NCBI RefSeq assembly: GCF_009834535.1
Contig: NC_045697.1
Span: 110,176,001-110,240,000 of the forward strand
Source of the DNA: Camelus ferus
Taxonomy: Eukaryota
DNA length: 64,000 bases
Direction of reading: 5' to 3'
Positions 12,917-24,542 of the stretch are shown here, in pieces (position 1 is the stretch's first letter; each line of letters opens with the position of its first letter). The notes beneath the pieces were generated by a model that saw nothing but the letters and a program-made list of their open reading frames with translations, was not told where the DNA came from and did not search any database. The position numbers were made by a program, and so were the translations under genes.

Positions 12917-13612
12917 TAAAATATTCAGCTTCACTAGTGACAAAGTAGGTGTAAAACAAAATAATATTTTTCACATACTGGCAATCATTAAAATTGGCAA
13001 CCATTAAAATAAAATAGCAAATTGGCAGTCATTCAAATAATACATTAAGTGTGGCAGAGATGAAATAAATATGCATTCATTTTTAAAGCCTATCTGGAGA
13101 ATAACTTTGTTTTTACCACACGCATATGGTAAACATTCTCCCAAACCTGAAAATATCCCTTGACCCAGTTAGTATATTTCTAGGAATATATGTAGACAAA
13201 TATTTGTATAAAAGACATATAATGTAGCATTATTTATTCTAAACCCCAAAAGTCCATAATAAAAGAATTATTAAATAAATTATACTTCATCCATAAGATA
13301 GAATTCAACATAGCCATGGAAACTGTGTATAGAAAGACACATGTTTAGTAAAAAACGGCCAATAAAAAATTACATATAAAATACCTCATTTATGCAAAAA
13401 AAAAAAATCCAACATATAGAACAAAAATGAAAAGGAAATAAAGCAAAGGAGGGAACACTTCCAAACCCATTTTGCAAGGCCAGCATTATCTTGATACAAA
13501 AATCCTCAAGAAACTATTAGCAAAGCAAATTTAATAATGCATTCTTGAAGATCCACTAAATGCAGATGTATGGGAGTTGCAGTAAGGCCTGGGGCATTAC
13601 TGATTTCTGAAG

Positions 13613-13953
13613 CAGGAGTCTGCAAACTTCTTCTGTAAAGGGCCAGAGAATAAATATCTTAGGCTTTGCAGGTCATAAGGCCTCTTTGACAGCTATTCAA
13701 CTCTTCCATTTTAGCAGGAATGAGCCGGAGATAACATGTCAATGTGTGGCTTTGTTCCAATAAAAGTCTGATTTACAAGCACCAAATCTGAACATCATGT
13801 CAGATTCACTTACCACAAAATATGATTTCTCTTTCTCTTTTTTTTCCCAATCATATAAAAATTCAAAAACCATTCTTAACTCACAAGGGCTACAAAAACA
13901 GGCAACAGGCTGGATCTGGTCCCTGTGCCTGGACCGGGGTTCGTCAACCCCTG
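13613..13953. mobile_element. MER58B-like hAT-Charlie element
   Basis: CAGGAGTCTGCAAACTTC..TGTAAAGGGCCAGA..aaacaggcaacaggctggatctgg..tcaaccCCTG termini. Confidence 0.85.
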
Positions 13954-15072
13954 ACCTAAAGCATCGGGAGAAACATTTTGTTAGAAAACAGTCAGCACTT
14001 CAGGCCCAAGAGAGTGACTTGAAGTGACTTCAGTCTAATGTGTGTCAGGGGCTCATTTGAGATCCTGCATTTGAGCTGGTTTTATAGGCAAGTTCACCCT
14101 CCTTTCACCGCCGCCTCTGTGCTGTATTCCTAGAGAAAAGCTAAATTATAAAAAAGAAGGAGCAACAATACCTGTGGAGGAAGAAGAAGAAGAACCTAAA
14201 CCATTTTCTTTTATTTCGGGCCCCAGCCAAATGCTTTCACTAAGTTCAAGTTTTGTATCATGCCTTCATGTTTTACAAAAGTTTCTTTTAATAACGCTTG
14301 TCATTGGAAAAACTAAAACTAAAAACATTGTCTACTTTTGTGAAGATCCTTTTAACCTTAAACACACACACACATACACACTCAAATCAAACAAAAACTA
14401 AAAACCCCAAACCCTGCAATGTACCTCTGCTGAAAGGAATCAAAGGAAGCTCAAGTTAGAGGAACAGAATCACCCAGCCCACGGGCCACAGAAGTGGTCC
14501 TCCCAGAGCTCTTTCCTACCAATGACACTGTTTTAATGAGGTCGAATCTTCCAATACAGGTAAGATACTCATCTTTAAAAGGATAATTAACTGATATTTA
14601 TGGCATAAAAATTAGGTTGTCAGTAGCAGAGCCACTGATTTATGTTAAAAATCATACTCGCTTTTGCTTTATTTACTAATTTCAGCGGTCTGATTTAGGC
14701 TTTTGATAGTCTGAAGAATCTTGTGGCAAAAGAACAGAAATACAGGTAGCGATTTTAAGTAACTGGTTGCTCAATAGTAACATTCAAAAATCAACGCACT
14801 CATACGACGTAGCCCAAATCCCATCTAAATCATCTTTTACTTTCAGATGCACCTGAAAAACCCTCACGACTTGGACTTTCACAAGCTCTAACTGCATTAA
14901 GTTTCTTGAGTTTCAAGGTCTCATTTCAATGGTTTGTTAGCGGCGTTAACAGTGTTAGTAACAGGAGTAAACTTCTCTCAGGGCGTCTTACCATCTACTA
15001 TTTGCTATTGTCCTCTGTTATGTTTTCACAAACAGTATCACAGTAAAACTTTCATTGGTAAAAGCAACCATC

Positions 15073-15694
15073 ATTCCCTGCTCTGGTGATCTCATCCAGT
15101 CTCATGATTTTAAATACCTCCTATATTAGGACACTTTCAAATACTTTCCACTACTCTTCATCACCAGACTATAACAAAATGAAAGAAAAATGTGTTTCAA
15201 GAACAAATCAATCTTCAATCGAATGTTTTCATGGTATCCAAGTATCTGGGTACAAAAAGAATTACATGATCAGAAACATTTTGTGTATTCACAAATGAAC
15301 TTGCATTACAAATACTATATGATTAGTAGAGATATTCACAATGTCTAATATCATAAATCCCTAAATAACAAACAAATTGATGACAAGATCTTAGCTAAAT
15401 ATTTCCTCCAAGGGTTTATTTCCCTGAAGCTCAGGCATAAATTCTTTGGCCAGTTATGAGCCTTATATGAAATTTGGCAGAAGAAACAGGGATTACAAAA
15501 GCTGATATCTTATTTTTCTTATTTCCTCCTTCCTCTAGGATTTCACAGTGGGATTTATGTTCATATCTGCCTCATATGCACATTCATCAGTGCTTTCAAG
15601 CTGCTGCATAAATGTCTCCTCTTCTCTCTCTCTGGATTCCCTGCTCTGGTGATCTCATCCAGTCTCGATTTTAAATACCTCCTATATTAGGACA
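15073..15694 (+). repeat. Local ~60-bp direct duplication (15073-15133 and 15636-15694)
   Basis: attccctgctctggtgatctcatccagtctc(at)gattttaaatacctcctatattaggaca occurs twice, differing only by a 2-bp indel. Confidence 0.92.
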
Positions 15695-16594
15695 ACCTCA
15701 AAGGAAGAGTTGACTTCCTTGTGCTCCAGACTCACATATGGAAGAACCTCCATGACTTGACCACTGGGCAAGGTTCATGGGCATCTCACATTCAACCAAA
15801 TGTCCAAAATAGAACTTTTCACTTCTTCCCTCCCACTGCCTCCAGCCACTTTCCCCCAAGTCTTTTCCAATCAAATGGTATCTCCATCCAGCCTGTGGCT
15901 CAAGTCAAAAATCTAGGAGTTACCCTCCTAGTCCATCTCCCAACTGAGAGGAAAAACACCCAGCAAAATAGCTGTAGACCAACTCTGCCCCTTAATTCAG
16001 AAGTGGAAGTTACAGAATGAGGCTGAGAGACCACAAGAAAGACATGCAGGCCACGAAACACACATGGAGACAGTTGACTTCAAAAATAATTAAGTCATCT
16101 AATAAGCTCTGATCTAATCTTTTTATATTATTTTTGCCTTTCACATAGGTAAAGATAAAGAAATGTTGATCATCCCCAGTGAATGTTGAGAATATTCTTA
16201 TTTTTCCAGTAAAAAATTACAAACAATACAAAAGGTCCATCACAATGGAGTTGGTTAATGTTAGAGCTATACAGTGGAACTGTACGCTTGTGTTAAAAAG
16301 AATAGAACAGATCCATGTATACACACATAGAAAAATAACCAGGATATACTGTTAAGAATAGAAGTTGTAAAAATGCATGGGTACAGTAAGAGCCCACTTT
16401 TGAGTTTAAAAAGAATAACATACGTGGTGCAATGGTCCTATTGCTTCTGAGTCTAGGGCCTCACAGGCTAAGGGAAGAGAAAGGCTTTTATGATGGTTCT
16501 GGAGAGACAGGGCTCTTTTAGCGCACTGAGCTGGGTCGGCGAGGGAGGGAGGGAGGGAAGGAGGGACTCCTACCTACCATGAGAGATGGCCTAC

Positions 16595-17101
16595 TGAGAC
16601 AGGAGGGAAGGGGGCAGGGCACAACCACTGAAAGAATGACACAGCAATTGGGGATAAGACAAACTGGTTAGAACCAAGATGGGGGAAGATTTGACCCTGA
16701 GCCTCATGGCACCCCCACAGGCACCAAGACAGTCCCTAGGCTGCAAAAAAGGTCAACAAGTGCATGGGGCCCAATTCCTGGAAATCCCCACCCCTGCCCC
16801 AAAATAGTTGGAATAACCCCTCCTACTCATTAGCGTATGAAATGACCGAGTCCATAAAAACCAACAACTTCTTATCTTGTGGTCCCTCTCCCTCTCTCTC
16901 TCCCTCTCCCTCTCCCCTTTTTAGACAGCCCACATTCTGCCTATGAAGCGTGTATCTCCTAAGCCACTCTCCCTTCTGAGAGAGACGGGTCCCCCTCTGT
17001 CTATGGAGTGTGTATCTCTCTAAATAAACTTGCTTTCACTTTACCGTGACTCACTCTTGAACTCTTTCCTGCGCAAGGCACGAACCTATTCTCTGGGAAC
17101 A
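16595..17101 (+). mobile_element. Solo ERV LTR (ERV1-like)
   Basis: TGAGACAGG...GGGAACA termini, cataaaa TATA-like box, AATAAA near 17023, flanks CTAC/CTAT as imperfect 4-bp TSD. Confidence 0.85.
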
Positions 17102-17352
17102 CTATTCTCTGAGATAACCCACAGCTGTCCAGGTCGGTGAAGCCTTCTTCCTCACCTCCACTTCGGGACTAAGTCTTCTCTCCTCCACTCCGAAGCAAAA
17201 AGAGAAGGATCGGAGAATTATTCGGACTGAGGTTTCAAGAAGAGACAAGGTACTGAGGAAGAAGAGAAAGAGTTATAAAGGCTGACAGACTGCAGCAGAG
17301 GAATGCTTCTCCGAGAGAGTGGCCACATGCAAATGGGGAAAAAAGCCCAGGC

Positions 17353-17373
17353 GGGGGGGGGGGGGGGGGGGGG
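17353..17373 (+). repeat. Poly-G run (21 G)
   Basis: Direct reading. Confidence 0.9.
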
Positions 17374-17465
17374 CACATGGTCAGGGAGACTGGAAGCACC
17401 ACACCTGACTTTTCCAAGCCCTTCACACAATCCAGGTTGCACTGCATGCAAAAATCTAAAATACA

Positions 17466-18056
17466 TTCTGGTACCCTTCAAAAGCAGTCACGACTATTAA
17501 GACACAGAATAAGAAGGCTCAAATATGTAAAAGATAACACCATTAAATAAACCGTACCATGAATAAAACTGGGCCTTCCTGAGACAGGAGGGAAGGGGGC
17601 AGGGCACGATCATTGAACGACTGACACAGCAATTGAGGAGAGGACATAAACTAGTTAGAGATGGCAGAAGATTCGCTTCCAGTAGACCCTGAGCCTCATT
17701 GTAGGCCCATGGTAGTACATTAGCTCTAAATGCCACACCCACAGCCCCCATGTCAGTTCCCATGCTGGCCAATTCCTCCCTACCCCTTCCCCCAAACAGC
17801 TGGAATAATCCTCCCAGTTGGTAGCCTATGAAATCACGCAGCCCATAAATATTAACCAAGCCCTGCACCCCAAGGCTGCCTCTCCTGTCTTCTGAGACAG
17901 CCTGCACTCTTGTCTGTGTAGTGTGCATCTATCTCCTATGGCCACTGTCACTTCTGGAGACGACTCCATGCTCCAGGGCTGTTCTCCCCTCTGAGACGAA
18001 CAAATTCTGTCTATGGAATGTGTATTTCTCTAAATAAACTTGCTTTCACTTAAAAA
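17466..18056 (+). mobile_element. Retroposed fragment: 114 bp unique sequence + LTR U3-R + poly(A)
   Basis: LTR starts at 17580 (TGAGACAGGAGGGAAGGGGGCAGGGCAC) and stops in an A-run 13 nt after AATAAA; 16-bp TSD AAAAATCTAAAATACA at 17450-17465 and 18057-18072. Confidence 0.88.
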
Positions 18057-21000
18057 AAAAATCTAAAATACAAAGGAGACCGTACGTGTTTGGAGGCTCC
18101 ATTTGTGTGTTCCCCAGCAGAGGAAGAAAATCAGATACGACTTTCCCTGCCATCACCTGCATTCCTTCGACGTGAGCAGCAGGAGGCAAAGGTGACGGGC
18201 CACGTGGTTCCACCTGGCCCACGGCAAAGTGAGGCTTGTTTCCTTTTGATTGGTTTCCTAGTTCAAGACAGAAAGCTGTTGTGCTGGGTTACATCAATGT
18301 TACTATTTCCAGAGGAAATTTTAAAAACCTTAAGAATCTACCCCAGTCTCCTAACAGGTGTTCTCTCTCGGGATGCTATCACGGCCAATGTTCACTTTTT
18401 AAAGGATGTGTTTTTGTAAGCAGTGTTTTCTGTTGAGCCTGCTTTACTCCATATGCATATATGTGTGTATAAATATATGAAGCTTCAATGTTGTGTGACT
18501 TTTGAGGGCCACCCTCTTCCCACTCCACCCACGTAGGACACCCTGAAAGCCTGAACAGTCTGGAGAGGGGAGCTAGTTACTAGATTTTTTTTTTTCAAAG
18601 GATCCATGTTTAAGCATCTCATTCTCTTTTGGGGAATGAATACCATTATTTAGAATCACGTGACTTTTATCTTTAGTTATACCTCTCCTGTATATGTTTT
18701 GTAAAACAAAAGGGTACCCTAAATTTATGCACAGAAGTCTTCCCAGCAGAAGGGTGCTCTCTCAGATATAAACACAGACAGGTGCACCCTAAACTCAAGG
18801 AGGACCCCTAGGTTTGAAAAGTCCTAATGAAAAGACAAATAGTGGGAAGTCAAAGTGAGGGAGTCCACACTATAAACTTACAGCTGTGAGTTCCAGTACG
18901 ATTTACTGAAACAGCATTAGCTGCTGTTTTCATGCCTACAAAAGTGTCACCATCACTGTTGGCAAATGCTAAGGTCTGGAAACATAGCCTCCTTAGCAGC
19001 TTTCCTTTCCTGGAGGAAGAGAGAAAGCAGTTCACGTAGATCTGAAGGAAGCGTGGGCTGCACTGCTTGGCTCCCTGTTCTCGACACAAACACTTTGTAC
19101 AGAACTGCACGTTGACCTTAAGCGCACTGAGAGGCGACTTCCCATCACATCTCAGTGTCCCCTCTGTAAAGACCTACAGGAAAAATCTTCCCACGGTCTT
19201 TTAGCTCCAGGGAAGTCAATGCATCTTCTGAGCAGAAGGAATGTTTCTCACCCGGGGACACTATGAATCTTGTCACTACGGGAAATGGTACCAGCTTTAA
19301 CGCCAAGTGCGTGATCTTGCAGACCCTATTTCCAGGAACTAAATTCTTCCTGGCTTCATCTTACCATGCTGCTTCCCTTTCCTTTTGCCTTGACTTTCTT
19401 AATTTTCTTTTCACCTTTGTAAATTTCGTGTAGTTTTGTTAGCTGCTTCACATTATATTTTTATTTAGCTGGAGTACAAAATCCGTTAACTTAGTGAATA
19501 CCATCCTATGCCCTTGTGGTGCACGTGCCCATATATTTTTCTAAACTATTTCAGCTGAAGGTTCTCAGCCCGCAGAACATCACCTGAGGGACCCAGGCTG
19601 AAGTCCTTAAAGAGCACATCCTCAAATGGTCCTCCCATCTATCCTCATAGACCCCTGTGTTGCTCCATCACTGACCACCCTTGTGGTCTCTTCTCTTCTC
19701 CCCCACAGAAAAAAAAAAAGCTTTTCAAAGAGAGGGACCATTTCCATGTTGCTCTCTATTATCTCCTACTGCTCAGTGTGGTGTTTGGTCCAGCCCAGCA
19801 CTCAATAATAAAGCCCCCTGCTCCAAGAGAAACTCTTTCTTCTCATTGACTACATTCTTTTGTACACTCAGAAGTTTATCAAACTTAAATGATGAGTTAA
19901 AGCATTCCCAAAGCACCAGCAAATTTTCTTTCCAATGCAGAGTAGCTTTGGGACTTTTATTGAAAGCCACTCAGGGGAGGGTTTTCTTGGAAAGTACTCA
20001 AGCATCCTTAGTGGTAAAAAGTAGGCAAGTTAAGGAGGAAAGTGAAAGAATGAATCAGAGGACAAAGAGGAATTAAGGTAATAACAGTTGCTAAGAAGAG
20101 AGAGAAAAGAGCGTAAGCAGAAAACACTACAGTTCATTAACTAAACATTTCTTCATCTGTGAACAGTATGCTAACATTGTCAATATGTTTTCATTTGACT
20201 TAAAAAAAATGAGGACTTATTAAAGGAAAGAATTCTTACTATCATTTTATAGGTTAGGAAATTGGGTGAGGTGAACATTTGTCATTTTGTGGTTCTAAAG
20301 CGTCCTGAGTTTGGGGGAAGAAATTGAGCAGAATTAGCTGAGACCTCTCTGGGATTTTCTTTTCAGATTTGGTCAGCCTTGAATTTCTTTCTCAAATTTA
20401 AGTTCTGTGTCTGTCCTGTTCGATACTTTGTCCTCAGCAGGTAGAAGAGTAGCTGGCACATGGTAGGTACTCAATAAATATGGGGGTGAAGGAAGGAAAG
20501 AAAGGAAGGACGGGGGAAGAAGCTAATTCCCTGCTGTCTGCCACGTGGTAGGAGGTGTTCCGCTGCAAGAGAAGCCTTGAGTTGCCCAATGATTCCCACG
20601 CCTGTTTGGTAATTCTGTCTGGTCACTGGTCTCAAAGAACATCCTCTAATCAGCTTTCAAGGTCATAGTGATGAGATTATAATTTCAGTTTGTTGACTCC
20701 TGAGATCTCTCAATTGGCTCTGAACTCAAGAAAGGAATAGAGTTTACTGAGTCCCCAATGCCAACGTTTTGCATTCACAGAAAGTTTCCATGGTGTGTCC
20801 CCGACCCACCGTTAAAACCTATTTTCTCTTATTTCACTTTTAATGCCTGTGTTCCTGTCAAAACACAATCCACTGCTGCACACACTCCTTGCTCCAGGAT
20901 TTTTCCCGTGGTGTTCTCTCTGCAGGTAATTCCTTCCCCCTCTACTTCAATATGATCCAATCCTCCTAATTCATTCATTTCTTTGAATACAAAGGCCCCA

Positions 21001-22752
21001 TGCAATTGCTACCTCTTCCAAGAATTGCTATTCACCCTGTCCCCAGCCAGCACAACCACTCCCCGCACTGCCCCTGCAGGTGCACACACAGTCAGTCACA
21101 CACTAGGGGTGACAGCTGAAGCCAGGCTGGGCTGTCGCTCTGAGTTCGAATCCAAGAAGACCATGGACTGTCTGGCCCATGTCCCACCCCTGGCTGACGC
21201 CTGAATGAGTGTACATGTGTGAGTGTGTGTGTGTGTGTGTCTCTTCCTGCTTTTCCATCTTCCAAGAATTCCACTGAACGGCTACCTCTTCCCTGATGCA
21301 CTGAGCTGAAGTGATCTTCCTGTCCACCAGACGCCCATGGCTATCTATCTGTGTCATTCTTATAACACTGACTAGTCCTTATTTGATTTATCTGTATGTC
21401 TTAAACCTTCCTGCCAACACTTCTTTAAACAGGATCTCAAGGAATTGGTAGGAATTGGAAAGCCTAAGAAAAGAGGAAGGCATCCTTGGTGAAATGAACA
21501 GTCTGAGCAATAAAATAAGAGCCCTGACTATCTAACCCATGCGCACTTTGGGGAGAAGAGATTCAGAGGCAGGTCGTAGAAGCAAAGACTACCCAAGGTC
21601 ATTACACTGTAAAGTAGAACACAAAGTCAAGTGTGTCCTTTATTCTAATGACATTGGACAGTCCACAAAATTTGGAACAGGGAAGGGACATAAAGGGTTA
21701 TGTGACTGAACATTTATTAAGGAAAAGAATCTTACGTATTTCTCAAATCCTATTTCACCACACCGATAATTTGGGCTAGGACGTAATAACTGGTTATCTT
21801 CTCTCTATCTGTTCTCAACCTCTTCCGTAAACTAAGCCAAAAGTTTGAAATCAGGGCTACCCAGGTCTAAGATACCTAGTCGACATTCAAGAGGAAAGCT
21901 CATTTGCCTCCCTGAAAATGGCCCAATTTAGGATGTGGGCTCTGTTTAAATAGACACTGCATCCCATAAAATTTAATACTTTCACTTACACTTCTTAGGC
22001 TTCTTACCAAATATGACTTGCTTTTTCGCAAGACTGTGGCACCCTTTAATCTCGTGATGCTGCATAATCTGGTTTTCTAGAATAACTGTTGCTTCTTGGC
22101 GGCCATACTTCCCTGCTCCTTAAGCCTCACCGTGCCGTACAATCTGAGTTTTACCCATCCCACAGTTAACGTTCTCAAGGACAGACAAAGCATTTACTTT
22201 TTACAAGAGATTTCCTTTTAAAAACAGCGTTTCCTGAGACCCAGGTTTCACCTTTGCCAATGAATTCTGTAGTCCTGCTCTCACAGCAACAGCATCTCAA
22301 AATGAGGAGATGAGGGGTGGGCAGGGAAGCAATTTTCCCTTCTCTCTCATTCACAAGAAAATGAGTAATGAAAACCTGGCACATCATCTCAGAATATTTG
22401 CTCATCTCTCAGCTGGACAGAGTAGAAGTACATAGAACGAACGTAGCTAGGAAGCAGAGAGACTGAGGATATCAAAGAAAGTGTGATTAGCAGACCAAGG
22501 ACCCAGCCTGGAAAAGAGGGTGAGGAGGTGAGGATGGGCATAGACGCAGAGATGCTTTGGTTTTTGTTTTTGCTTTGGGGAGGGACAGAAGTCCCACCTG
22601 ATACATGTTTATCTTCTATCCTTTTAAAAAATTTAACTTATTTTAAAAAATTAAAATTGTATATATTTCAGGTGTGCAACATGATGTTTTGATATACCTA
22701 CACCTAGTGAAATGATTAATACAGTTAAGTAACTTACATACCCATCTCCTTA

Positions 22753-22973
22753 TGAGACAGGTGGGAAGGTGCAAGGGCACAACCACTGAAGGAAGGACAC
22801 AGCAACAGAGGACAGGACAAACGAACAAACCAAGATGGCAGAAGATTTGACTTCCAGTAGACCTTGAGCCTCACAGCACCTTCCACCATCTTGGTGCTAA
22901 CCTGTTTGTCTTGGTCTCAATTGCTGTGTCCTTCCTTCAGTGGTTGTGCCCTGCCCCCTTCCCTCCTGTCTCA
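22753..22973. mobile_element. Palindromic element of two inward-facing LTR 5' ends with 4-bp TSD
   Basis: Begins TGAGACAGG, ends CCTGTCTCA; arms 22753-22844 and 22880-22973; CTTA on both flanks; arms homologous to LTR starts at 16595 and 17580. Confidence 0.88.
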
Positions 22974-23263
22974 CTTATTGGTTACCTTCATGCATACCAG
23001 ATGGGACTTCTGTCCCTCCCCAAAGCAAAAACAAAAACCAAAGCATCTCTATGTCTACACCCATTATGACTATTTCCAGTGCGTGGGTGTGTGTGGCGAG
23101 AGCACCTGATATCTACTCTCTTAGAAAATTTTCAGGATGCAATACAGTATTATGAGCCATAGTCACTGTGCTGTGCATTAGAGCTACAGAATGTATGCAT
23201 CATACGTAACTGAAACTTTGTGTCCTTTGACCATGTCTCCCCATCCTCTTCAATAACCCACTG

Positions 23264-23344
23264 GTTTTTTTTGTTTTTTTGTCTTTGAGTTATTTTATCT
23301 TTACTGTTCTCTTTGAGTCATTTCATCCTCAGGTGTTTTTTTTT

Positions 23345-23375
<31 letters not shown>

Positions 23376-24542
23376 GAGATATAGTCCTTTATTATCTTCC
23401 TAATTATGTAATTTTTTTAACATTTTTTATTGATTTATAATCATTTTACAATGTTGTGTCAAATTCCAGTGTTCAGCACAATTTTTCAGTTATTCATGGA
23501 CATATACACACTCATTGTCACATTTTTTCCTCTGTTAGTTACCATAACGTTTTGTGTAAATTTCCCTGTGCTATACAGTATAATCTTGTTTATCTATTCT
23601 ACAATTTTGAAATCCCAGTCTATCCCTTCCCACCCTCCGCCCCCCTGGCAACCACAAGTCTGTATTCTCTCTCTCTGAGTCTATTTCTGTCCTGTATTTA
23701 TGCTTTGTTTTTGTTTGTTTGTTTGTTTGTTTGTTTTTTAGATTCCACATATGAGCGATCTCATATGGTATTTTTCTTTCTCTTTCTGGCTTACTTCACT
23801 TAGAATGACATTCTCCAGGAGCATCCATGTTGCTGCAAATGGCGTTATGTTGTCGGTTTTTATGGCAAAGTAGTATTCCATTGTATAAATATACCACCAC
23901 TTCTTTATCCAGTCACCTGTTGATGGACATTTAGGCTGTTTCCATGTTTTGGCTATTGTAAATAGTGCTGCTATGAACATTGGGGTGCAGGTGTCATCCT
24001 GAAGTAGACTTCCTTCTGGATACAAGCCCAGGAGTGGGATTCCTGGGTCATACGGTAAGTCTATTCCTAGTCTTTTGAGGAATCTCCACACTGTTTTCCA
24101 TAGTGGCTGCACCAAACTGCATTCCCACCAGCAGTGTAGGAGGGTTCCCCTTTCTCCACAGCCTCTCCAGCATTTGTCATTTGTGGATTTTTGAATGACG
24201 GCCATTCTGACTGGTGTGAGGTGATACCTCATTGTAGTTTTGATTTGCATTTCTCTGATAATTAGTGATATTGAGCATTTTTTCATGTGCCTTTTGATCA
24301 TTTGTATGTCTTCCTTGGAGAACTGCTTATTTAGGTCTTCTGCCCATTTTTGGATTGGGTTGTTTATTTTTTTCTTATTGAGTCGTATGAGCTGCTTATA
24401 TATTCTGGAGATCAAGCCTTTGTGGGTTTCATTTGCAAAAATTTTCTCCCATTCCGTAGGTTGTCTTCTTGTTTTACTTCTGGTTTTCTTTGCTGTGCAG
24501 AAGCTTGTAAGTTTCATTAGGTCCCATTTGTTTATTCTTGCT
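23264..24542 (-). mobile_element. Young 5'-truncated L1 (open ORF2 C-terminus, 3'UTR) with 3' transductions
   Basis: About 268 stop-free codons including [18 protein letters not shown] zinc knuckle; TSD ATAACCCACTG at 23253-23263 and 24543-24553; three separate T-tracts at the 3' end. Confidence 0.93.

Noticed and set aside
17086..17111. CTATTCTCTG repeated on either side of the LTR 3' end
   Set aside because: One copy is inside the LTR and one in the flank, so it is not a TSD; too short to interpret, though it makes the exact LTR end slightly uncertain.
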